NCBI RefSeq assembly: GCF_022539665.2
Contig: NC_081332.1
Span: forward strand, 248,001 to 312,000
Length of the DNA: 64,000 nt
Origin: Daphnia carinata
Lineage: Eukaryota
Direction: 5' to 3'
Every line of letters begins with the position of its first letter. Position 1 is the first letter of the stretch. This document shows, in pieces, positions 53,501 through 64,000 of this stretch. Below the pieces are notes generated by a model. It saw only the letters and a program-made list of their open reading frames with translations, was not told the origin of the DNA and ran no database searches. Made by a program: the position numbers and the translations under genes.

Positions 53501-56500
53501 ATTAAACCATCGGAGGAGAACCATCGTACTCCACATAAACCGAACGTATTCAACACCACGTCCGTAACCCTCCCGAAACCGAACAACGACGAAGCAGCCT
53601 CTAGATGTCCGGTGTGCAACAGCAACCATCCACACCGCCTAAAGGACTGCAGAATAATTAGAGACATTCACATGGAGAAAATAGCGCAAATTGTAAGGAA
53701 GCCAACTTGTACCTTCGTTGCTTAGGCAGCGACCACCTTAGCAGAGCGTGCACCCGTACCGAACGTTGCTCGAAGTCCGACTGCGATGGAATCCATCACC
53801 CACTTCTGCACGGCGCTCCACGGCTCTACCCTCAAAGAACGAATCAAGGATCAACGACTACGGAATTCTGCGGTTCCGTCGCAACCAAATCGGCAGATAG
53901 CCGCACTCTACTACCGATTGTTCCTGTCATCCTAAAGGTCAACGGCAACGAGTATCCACTCTATGCGCTCCCTGACCCGGGAAGCGAAATATCCGTGATA
54001 AAGGGGAAGACTGCGGCTCTCATCAATCTACGAGACAAAGTCGAACGAATTGCAACGAGGACCTCGGCAAGGTTTATGGGTCGGTCATCAATACCTATGT
54101 CAGCTTGAAACACGCGCGCAAGCTGTCCCGAGAGGAGATCAATGCCGGACCCCTCGGTCGAACGTAGTATTGCCCTCATCATCCTGTCTTCAACCCGAAC
54201 AAGCCAGGAAAGTGTAGAGTTGTGTTTGATTTATCGGCGAAACCCAATGGAACATGTTTAAAACGACGCCCTTCTAAAGGGACCTGACCTCATGACAAAC
54301 CTGATCGGCGTGCTCCTCCGTTTCCGCCAACACGCTGTCCCACTCGTTGGCGACATCGAAAAGATGTTCCACCAGGTACGAGTAAGATCTACCGATGGGC
54401 CGGCCTTCCGTTTCATTTGGCGTGAACCGGGTAGCGCAAACACCCAGCAACAAGTTGTGAAGGACAGCGAAGATCCTAGCCCTTGCTACGTCAAATTTCA
54501 CGACACTTTTACGTAGACAACTGGCTAACGTCGTTCCCTTCCACAAGCAAGGCCATTTCGATTGCCCATCAACTGACTAGGGCGTTGAGGGCTGGTGGTT
54601 TTCCGTTAACCCAATGGGCCACTTCAAACGACACTGTACGGCAGGCAATTCCCGGCTAGCGAAAGGAAGGAGCCTCTGTCAACATGGATTTAGATGACGA
54701 CCCTATTGAACGAACCCTTGGGTTAGTTTGGGATTTTCGACGTGACGTCTTTGTGCTTGGTTGCAGAACCAGGAGGAAGAACTAAAAGGGATCTGCTGAA
54801 ATCCATCTTCAGCATCGTCGACCCCCTCGGCTTCCTGGCCCCTGTAGTCTTCCAAGCAAAGGTTCTCATGCAGGACATTTGGTGCCGTAAATTCGATTAG
54901 GATGACGAACTAACTCAAGATCTTATCGACCGTTGGATCCGCTGGACCGAAACATTGCCGTCACTCTCCAAACTCGTTCTCGAACGATGCATTTCTCCAC
55001 CGCGAAACGATTTTACAGCAATTCGAGCTACACATTTTTGGAGATGCGTCTGAATTAGGCTTCGCCGCCGTCGCATACGTTCGTTTCTTATTCAATGACC
55101 ACCCGGCCAGCGTCAAGTTCATCATCTCGAAGGCCAGAGTCGCCCCTTTGAAATTTCTGACGATTCCCCGCCTGGAACTCAACGCCGCTGTTCTAGCCGC
55201 ACGTCTCGGCACGCAAGTGTCCGTTGAACACGACCTCGCCTACGACCAGATCTCTTACTAGACCGACTCGACAACCGTCCTCAGCTGGATTAACTCCCGG
55301 AATTGTCGATTTAATCACTACGTCGGTAACCGGATCGGTGAGATATTTGAGACCACGACTCCCGATCAGTGGAATTACGTTCAAAGCGCGAACAATCCCC
55401 GCAGATGACGCCAGTCGCGGTCTAGATGCTTCCGAATTCACAATCGATCATCGATGGTTCTCTGGACCGCCCTCCCTTCGAGGATTAGACAACTGGTCCG
55501 AGCTTCAATCCCTTCCAGTAGTTGACGAAAGTTACCCGGAGTTCCGAGAGACGACGTGGGTTGGGGTAGTCCAGCGGGAAGTCGATGAAATTGACCAAAT
55601 TATCGAAAGGAAATCGAGACCGCAGATCATCTATAACACCGTCGCCTACCTCTTTCGTTTTATATGGAACGCGCGTCAGAGGGAACACAATCAACGAAGA
55701 ACGAATGGACTCTCTGCCGATGAGGTGCAAATGGGAAAATCTTTCATCCTCCAGCGGACAAAAGCGAACGTCTATCAGCCAGAGATGAACTATTTACGGG
55801 CCGGCCGCCCAATCGAAAAAGACTCAAAGCTGATTAAGTTGGCTCCATTTCTCGACCATCGAGGCTTCATGTGTCTCGGTTGCGAACCGACAAAGCGCCC
55901 CTACCAATCGATAGACGCCACTCAATCATTCTTCCCCGCTCTGAAAGGATGACACAGCTCATCCTTTGCAAGTAACACCGCGATCGGGGTCATCTTTCGG
56001 CCAGTGAGCTTCATCATGAGCCGCGTCGTCAGTTTTGGATTCCTAAAGGTCTCATCACGGCTCAACGAGTTCGCAATCTTTGCTACCTCTGCAGGAAACG
56101 AAGCACAAAGGGGACCACACCGATCATGGCTGCTCTTCCCGTTTGAAGGTTGGGTATCCCGCATTTACCCACACAGGAGTGGACTATTTCGGGCCTATCA
56201 ACGTTACTATTTTCCACCGAACGATTAAACGTTGGGGTTGCTTGTTTACATGCCTAACGTCAAGGTGTGTGCACCTCGAAATGGCGTACTCAATGGATAC
56301 CAGTTCATTTATTTCCGCTCTCGATCGCTTCCAAAATCGTCGAGGTGTACTCGCGTCCTATCATAGCGATAATGGGGCAAACTTCGTTGTTGCGCAAAGG
56401 GAATTGACCGAATGTCTCCAGAACTTGAACCAGGACGCCATCCTTCAACATCTAAACCGGCAACCGTCCAAATGGATGTTTAATCCGCCAGCTGCTCCCC

Positions 56501-57389
56501 ATTTCGGAGGTGTCTGGGAGCGAATGGTAAGGGCCGCCAAGATCACGTTACCAGCCGTTCTAGGAAACCAGGGCCTAACCGATGAAATCTTACTGACCGC
56601 CTTCACTTTAATTGAGAACATCCTTAACAGCCGCAAGCTTACTCCGATAAGCGACGACCCGAACGCTCCAGAATGTCTCACTTCTAACCATCTATTGCTT
56701 GGCCGCGCAACTCCTAATCTACCGCCCGACGTCTTTACCGAGGATGATTTAACCGCCAAGCAGAGGTGGCGCATCGCACAAGCAGTCGCAGACCAGTTCT
56801 GGCATTGCTGGATGAAAGAGGTACGTAAGCCTCACTGAACGAGAGAAATGGTACCAAGAGCATCCTAACCTCCAGGTCGGAGATATTGTCGTCATCAATG
56901 ATCCAGCCGGAGGAAGAGAATCGGTAACGAAGGGCGGAGCTTAGGGGTTCCGACTTCACTCGACCTCAGTCTCGACCACGCTAGCAAGTGAACAACATCT
57001 CAAACTCGTTTCGTCCCGTATTTCCGTCCTTAAATTGAACTTCGCACAAGCTCAACGTGTTCTTCCTTTGGCAAAGGTTTTGTGTCGCGTCTTCCCGAAA
57101 GTTTGTGTTGTTTCGCGACTACTTGCAGTGCTGTGTTTCTGACGACGCCCTAACTTTAACCTTTCTTTTCTTACACGAGACGCGTGGCTTGGCAGCCATT
57201 GCGTGTGGTTCTCGTGCAGATCCCCCCCCCCCCCCTTTTCGTGTGTATCTCCTTTCGCAACGTTCGGTGACAGGCAACCAACGGGCTTGTATCCGAATAC
57301 ATCGGCTACCCCGTGTTAAATCTCAACTTTTTTTTTTGACTAATCATTTTTCTTTTCTCTTCCTCGTACAACCGCGTGGAGAGGCAACA
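50574..57389 (+). mobile_element. Decayed BEL/Pao LTR retrotransposon (5' LTR lost; probable 3' LTR ~56921-57389)
   Basis: Gag PTFDGDPGNWPMF and three Cys/His knuckles ending HHPLLH; RT GPDL..LIGVLLRFR..GDIEKMFHQ and YVDN; RNase H FGDASELGFAAV; integrase GVDYFGP/SDNGANF/PHFGGVWERMV. Many stops and deletions. Purine tract at 56909-56920; ends CAACA. Confidence 0.9.
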
Positions 57390-57760
57390 CTCTGACTCTG
57401 ACAATCTGAGTTCAAATCTCAGTAGGACCTGACACAGTGAAACCAACGACAAACATTTTTCAACACTACCCTTTTCGTAGAAGCCACTCTTGTGAAAAAT
57501 CGGTTAACTTGTGTTACTCTGAGTGCAATTTCCTTTAAGACGATTATATCCCAGTGGTCGGGCGGATCAATTTGGATTTGGTTTATATTTGAATTAAAAT
57601 TTAGAACGATGCGATCGAACACTGCCCTTGCAGTGCGAGTTGAATCTAAATATTTTAACAAATATATTACGCAGAAACTGCCAGTAGGTGGTCCTAGTGA
57701 GGTTCGAACTCAGAACCCTTATTATTGATTATGAGACTGACGCGCTGCCTACCGCGCTTC
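57390..57760. pseudogene. Last, most degenerate array relic (3' half of tRNA-Gln 57390-57430; decayed tRNA-Met ~57678-57760)
   Basis: Homology to the unit with an internal spacer deletion. Confidence 0.88.
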
Positions 57761-58645
57761 TTCTATGACGTTGAGACTGGTTTTTAATTTGTTTTGTATT
57801 TATTTGCGTAGTCATTACTTAAAATATGTTTGGGGTATGGCAATGTTGGCACTGTTGACTGCCATTCTGGTATCGTAGCTCAATTTTGGAAATCCTGATT
57901 AGAAAAACGAAGAAATTGAATATATCAGCTATATTAAAAGATTAGCTAGAATTTTTTCATAAATATGTTTGTTAGTGTGTTAAAGTTAAAAACTAAAAAG
58001 CGTCAAACGAAATTTGAACAACGTTCATCTTTCTGGGTAGAAGTCGGGAGGAAGTCTAAGCAAACGGAATTAAAAGCGGTGTTGCGTCACTTTTTGGAGA
58101 GTATTCCTGAGAACGGGGTTGTTTTAAGTTATTTCTAACAATGTTTTACATTAGTTTTTTTCCCACACGCCTGTGTAAAACGGCGACGCAAAATTTGCGG
58201 AGGCTTGCTCTTATCTCAAAGGTTATGTGGAAGCTTCCCAGGAGGTCCATCACTGGTTTACGAAATAAATCAAAAGAGCCAAAAGCTAGATCAACGTGAC
58301 TAATATTATGATGAACCACGGACTTGTTTTATCTTTACCATCGATCTTTTGACGATAGGACCAAGACCTAATTCTAATTGTTTTGATCATTGGCTTTCAA
58401 TGTCAGTGAAAATAAAGATTTTTTTATTTTTATGTTTTGGCAATAGCTGGAAGTTGGGCCTCAAGTTTTAGACGTCGTTCACTTCAGGAGACATCTGTTT
58501 TCATAGCTAAATAAGGACGATGTTGTTTTAATAAATTCAGTTTAAAAAATCATATTCGTTATTCCATTCATTCATTGAGATACATTCAAATATAATTACA
58601 TTTTTTTTTCACTTGATTCTTTCCGGTTAATCGAACTCGATAATT

Positions 58646-61286
58646 TTATGCAGTAGGAATTCCAGCAGAATCACAATCATTCCTGAAATCCTGCTTCTCA
58701 TAGTCCTCCGTGGCATTTGCTTGTTCTTCACTCGTCTGTCCTACTTCACAATCACTATCATCCATTTCAGCGGTGATGAATCTAAGAAACAATAATAGTC
58801 GTACAATTATTTTTCAACCACTTAAAAAATGTTCATTTGTGCAAATTGTAAAGCTTATGCGTAACGTGCGTTTGGATTCCTATAACAAAGTTATATTTTT
58901 TTTATTTATTTCGTTTATTTTATTTTTCGTGTGATGTAATTTGTACTTTAAATGTATGTAATTTGTGTAATTTTTTTTTACTTTATTCATTTTCAATCTT
59001 GACAGTTCGCATCTCCTTGTTACATCGTATGCCTTGGAACAACCCTGCCACTAAACCTGACCTTATTCTTTTCAGCTTATTCAAATTTGATCTCAGAAAG
59101 AAAAGAAAAACATAAGAAAACTGTATGCAGAGAAGTTCGCAGTGACCCATTTTTACTTTTTTGAATCACACAACTAATATTGCAGTTAGAAACCAAACAG
59201 TAGCCCGAGTTATATTCCCCCCAACTCAGGGGTTTGTTCTTATTCCTGTTATTGAGCCAACCGTTTGTTGATTTTCGATTGATCTGTACTTTTCTTAATG
59301 GAATAAATTTTAACCTGATTTGCAAATTTCAAACTTCGGATAAATTAAGGTGTTTAACATGGAAGCCAACTCAAAATTTCCAAATGTAACCATAAAATAG
59401 CGAAAAATGATTATTCTAGATTCCAATTTCCGAATTCAAATTTTGAGCAGGCAATATCGAATAAAACCATACATTTTACTGCAATAAAAAGAGTTTAACA
59501 GGCAAACGCACACTGAGAATTGTTCTCCAGACATGGAAGCACGCAAGCCAAATAACTATTCCATATATTTTAAAGCAAGGCTGAAATTCAAATTTGCTTT
59601 TCCCATTTCCGCGTACAGGCGGCAAATCGGTTCTGGAAATGGGAGAGGCAAAACAGCGAATATTACACTAGTGGTGGGCGCTATAGAATCATAATTCCAC
59701 ATTGGAGTGTACAGACGGATGGAATTCATACATATGATTCGTGTTCTTTTTAAACCTACATTAACAACGCTTATCTGAGGCTAAGTTTAAAAAAACAATA
59801 TAAAACGTAAGGGATAACGAACCTAAAAGTTCGCGATAAAAGTTTGTCCCAAATGCACATCTTAAACACGATGAATTCCAAAAATTTCCGAATACTCAAA
59901 AGATTATTAAGCCAATTGGAGGAAACAATTTTTGATGTTATTAGACAGCTTTAGCAAAACTTGTCGATACGAAAACGGAAAAACTTTTTCAGTATATTTG
60001 TTTTGGATGATGTGTTCTTCAACTAATTTGGCCCACACTAGCGATTTGGACGAACGCACTAGTTACCAATGAGCCATCGGGAGGTAGGTTTCATATTAAG
60101 TTACGAACAGCATCCGCAAATTACAATCGTTTAAGAGTGCTTGGCCATCGCTTTTATCATCGTTCTTTTAGTGTGCTTTGACTGTTACTGGGTCCTAACT
60201 CTTTTGGCAGCTCGAGGCAAAACATTTGTTTCAAATGTTACGTGATACAGTTTGTCGTTTATGGTAGTAAACAACGCACAAGAAAAGAATCGTGAAGAGA
60301 AAAGCGCTGAAAAAAAAATTAGATCCAAAACGGTAGTCTACCTATCTTGTGCTATGGCGACAGATTTATCACTTTTTTGAAGCAAGTAATGCTCTTTACA
60401 ACAATACATATTCGTATTGAATAAAAGGTAACTATAGCTTCGGTCAAGAGGGTGATTGCATTTAAGCTATGTAATGGCTCATGGTTTCTCCTTGTATAAT
60501 CTACGTTGAACAGAAATGTATTTTACCTGTAAGGCTTTTTGTCCCCTCTCATGTCGCAAATCACGTTTGTAAGAGCCATTATATAATTTTTGGCTAAGGT
60601 TAATGTCTCGATCTTCGACAGCTTTCTTTCCACTTGGATGTGAGGAATCACAGTTCTTAACTCCTGTGCAGAAGGGAAACATCAGCAAACTTCATTGCGT
60701 ACCACTTGATCACAGTATAGCTTTAGTAGTAGCAAATACCTCAAACGCAGCATTCAGGCCATGCATTCGTAGACGCTCCCTTTCATTACTTTCCAGCCGC
60801 CGAAGATTTCGCTCCCTTGCTGTAGCCCCTTGTCGTTTCCTTTTGGACTCAACCGTTGAGCCTATATTACCAGTACTGATGTCATGCTTAGACGTTGGTA
60901 TTTGGCTTTGAGGTTGGTCAAGTTTACTTGGAATATTCGTCAACTTCTCAAACACAGCGGCTTCTAGGAAAAATGGAATTTCACGAGTTTAGATGCCACA
61001 CGGTGAAATTGTGGCTTGGATTATCATCTGGCCGTAAACAAAGCAACATTTTTAACAATATGGATGATTTAGTAGAAATTCTGAGTCACGATGACTGATA
61101 GGACATCTTACACTAATTACTCACATGCAACAAAGTGATAAACTTACTTCTTCCTTTCAGAGAGTCGTCCCTCGCTGCTGTGTTTGTCTCACTCTCCGAG
61201 TCCATTAACTCATCGTCGTCTGAGGTAGACTGACTTGATTCCCCGTCAAAAGCATTGAGGTAATTGTTTTTTCTCGCTTTCATCAT
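58646..61286 (-). CDS. dimm: bHLH transcription factor, dimmed/Mist1 (BHLHA15) family; exons 61286-61148, 60963-60740, 60663-60527, 58781-58646 (211 aa)
   Basis: [57 protein letters not shown]; all introns GT-AG with consistent phases 1/0/2; the last exon is inferred from acceptor and frame. Confidence 0.9.
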
Positions 61287-62972
61287 CTGTGGAAACAAAC
61301 CGTTAAGTCCAAAATGCAATCAGGCTCACATTTCTTTGTATTTGAAAGTAAAATAGGCATAGGAGAACTGCACTTGAGCGAACGTTTTAAGTTCTAAGTT
61401 TGCGACACTGACCTAAACGGCTATTTCGTATTGTTCTAGGGCTAGCCAAGTGTAGGTTGCTGTACAGCCCGACAAGCAAGTGCGTGCCTTTCACCATGGG
61501 ATGGTGGAAATGCCTGATGATCTTAGCGAAATTTTCTAGCACAACAGTGTAGCCTATGAGAGTATACATTTCAGCATTTGCGTCGAAAGTCGAACTGTAT
61601 TTCTCTGTCTGCATATTTCTTAGATCAAAAATTGATCATAAATTGCAGCAGTCTTTTTGCTCTCTGATTTGTAAGAAACGACGCATGCGTATTAAAAAAG
61701 ATACAGCTTAGCTTAGTGAAAAAATCGCATTTGTTCAGCAGTAGTCAGAGCCTACTGTTAATAATAAAATTTTTTTTTAAACGTACTGTATAAGTCGCTA
61801 ATTTTCACAAGCATGTTGATAGAATTGGAACTTACTCTGTAACAATAAGAACAATACGCCCCGCATTTGTTTAGCCAAAAGCCGTTGGAATAATTTATAT
61901 GACAATAGGGCCAATCGGACATGTGTCTTGCAGTTGTTTTAGTCAACTTTAATTTCAAAATAGAGGTGGAACTAACGTTTGTTCCTGATAGTTTTTTAGG
62001 AGATCTTCAACCATTTTTGATAACCTTCATTGCTTTTTTTATTCGTGTATTCAGTTTACTTTTTCAATCTTATTTTGTTCTACTTTTGTTGAATAACAAA
62101 CGTAGACTTGTAAAAACAAAAGTAGATTGCTGACACCATTGGCAGCTTGAACCAAAATTATTTGGTTTCAATAAATAATTTTGATTATTTTGAATTGAAA
62201 CATTACGTAGTTTTATATTCTATTGCGAGTTCCACATTAAATTGATAAACGACGGCAAAAATGACTTGTATCTAATAAGACATTCGTTAAGGCCTACGTA
62301 AAAATTTAAAATAAATCAGAGAATATAAATATTGTCAGAGGCAAATGTCTTCCCCTAGAGCAATGAGGACCGCACCCTCATCCGCGGGGCACGAACGGGC
62401 ATTTTTCAACCACTAAGTTGCCTGCCCCACTTTGAAACTTTCCGGTTTGGGAATTAGATCAGCATTTGTTAAACAATTCAAATGGAAGCTGAATTTTATC
62501 CATGCACAAGGAAAATAAAAAAAGAAACACCCTGTAATAACCAGTTGGTTGTCGCTGGCTCTCCACGCAATCTTGCAACAAGCAATTTTCCTTCGCTGCT
62601 TTGCGCGCAAACAGTGAAACAAAATAAAGCAAAAACCCAAAAATAAATTGGTAATTTTGAACTTTCTTTATCCAGGATGTCTTACAGTCAGGACAATAGT
62701 TTACACCGTAAGTTCGTGTTGCCAAAGAAAAGCGAGAAAATTTCTTGCAGAAGTAAAGTATAGTCTAGGAAAACTTGGAATAGTTAATTTTTAAAATAAC
62801 ATATCGAACATGAGTTAGTGGTAAACACCTAACATTCGCTCAAGACAGTGCTATCAATGAGCTATTAAATGTAACTTAATGAATCATTATCGGCTGTCTC
62901 TATCAAGGACCTAAATGCAATAGTAAACACCGGTAAACACACCAAGCATAGAGTGAACGCCATTTTACTTAC

Positions 62973-63069
62973 TTTTAATGTTAAGAATCCGGCTAAGATG
63001 CGTAAAACGGTGTTCAGGAGAGAGAAACCTGCTCCGAGCTGAACGCGAGAATATTGAGAAGCAAACTGA
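62973..63069 (-). promoter_or_regulatory. Possible non-coding first exon / initiator of the dimmed-like gene
   Basis: Minus-strand TCAGTT Inr-like motif near 63065 and a GTAAGT donor near 62970; the ATG at 61286 is directly preceded by an acceptor (TTTCCACAG). Confidence 0.35.
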
Positions 63070-64000
63070 ACCTCATTTCACCAGGTTATGGCAGCTTAGA
63101 CGCCAGGGAAAGGAGGCCGACCCTTACGAACCGCTATATCAACCACTGGAAAGGACGAAAGGACGACTTTTTTTTCATCTTCTTTTTTTTTCTTTCTTTT
63201 CATTAATTCGATTTCTTCGTTTTGCCCTTTCCAGTACATTTACTTTGGAGAAAGCAGTACGAAAAGAAAGGAAACGTTTCTCACTGTTCTACTATTCATG
63301 CTCATCAGAAATCAACCTCAATATCCATTATTCGTTAAAGAATCACTGGCTGTAAAGGTAGGTCGACTTAGTTGCGAGATTGATGAAAGTACGAAATATT
63401 ACTACTGCTATACAGAATGCTAAACATCCATACAGAAGTCTAAAATGACAAACAAAGCAAATTGAGTTTATCCGCCAAAAGACGTTTTCTTTACGTTTTT
63501 TTTTAGTTGAATGAATCGTTCATTTTCCATTGGTTTACTATTGACTTAGCTCTATGTTTCTTTTTTTAAAAATTCGAGAAACTTCACTTTCGTCTTCTGT
63601 TTTGGGTCGGCAAGCCACATTTTAAAAAATCTCGTGAATCTTGACTTGTAATCTTTTGATGGCTTCTGCTACCACAAACTTCTAGAGTACGTCCTTTGGA
63701 GTGAAACACATTCCAAAACATTTATTGGATTTTAAAATAAACGTAATATAGGGCAATTAAAAAGGGGGCTATTGCGTCATCTTGGCAGTTTATCTACTTT
63801 TAGAGAGAAAAAATAACACTATTGGCGTCCTAAACTGAAGGTGAACTTTAACAGGATTCATTTCGGAAAATAAAAATATATGCTGTTGGTTGACTGTAAA
63901 CGAAATAGGGTGAAAAAAAAAGCTTTCGATTTTGAACGGAGAAAATTTTGGGATGGAATGAAACATTTCAATAAGAACCCAGTTTCGTCAATTCATTCTA

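Noticed and set aside
59731..59736. CATATG E-box in a dimm intron suggesting autoregulation
   Set aside because: A single hexamer is expected by chance.
62978..63355. 125-aa plus-strand ORF
   Set aside because: No domain, runs through T-rich low-complexity sequence, and overlaps the likely dimm promoter on the opposite strand.

Overview
Eukaryotic DNA, most likely arthropod; the short introns and transposon families are Daphnia-like (inference). The window captures the eroding edge of a tandem tRNA-gene array. The ~1134-bp unit carries tRNA-Met(CAT) on the minus strand and tRNA-Lys(TTT), tRNA-Ser(GCT) and tRNA-Gln(CTG/TTG) on the plus strand. About 17 near-identical units occupy 1-18780, and increasingly degenerate units follow between large insertions. 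(1) A Ty3/Gypsy LTR element (18781-27248; TSD ATAT; tRNA-Ala PBS) whose F-like env is fused in frame to integrase. (2) A larger, 3'-truncated Ty3/Gypsy element (27663-~39899; tRNA-Leu PBS) with a GGGAAAC -1 frameshift site, an overprinted ORF in gag, accessory ORFs, antisense tRNA-like Pol III cassettes and a different, cysteine-rich glycoprotein. (3) A nested DNA-transposon block (41300-~49985) containing a THAP pseudogene, a non-autonomous Helitron in one of its introns, and a 2054-bp hAT-type element (19-bp TIRs, 8-bp TSD). (4) A decayed BEL/Pao element (50574-57389). The most unusual feature is the cargo of the hAT-type element: six diverged tRNA-like Pol III cassettes, each with A box, B box, T-run terminator and a TATCGATA (DRE-like) palindrome about 43 bp upstream. 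Unique sequence resumes at ~57.8 kb with an intact four-coding-exon dimmed/Mist1-family bHLH gene (58646-61286, minus strand).
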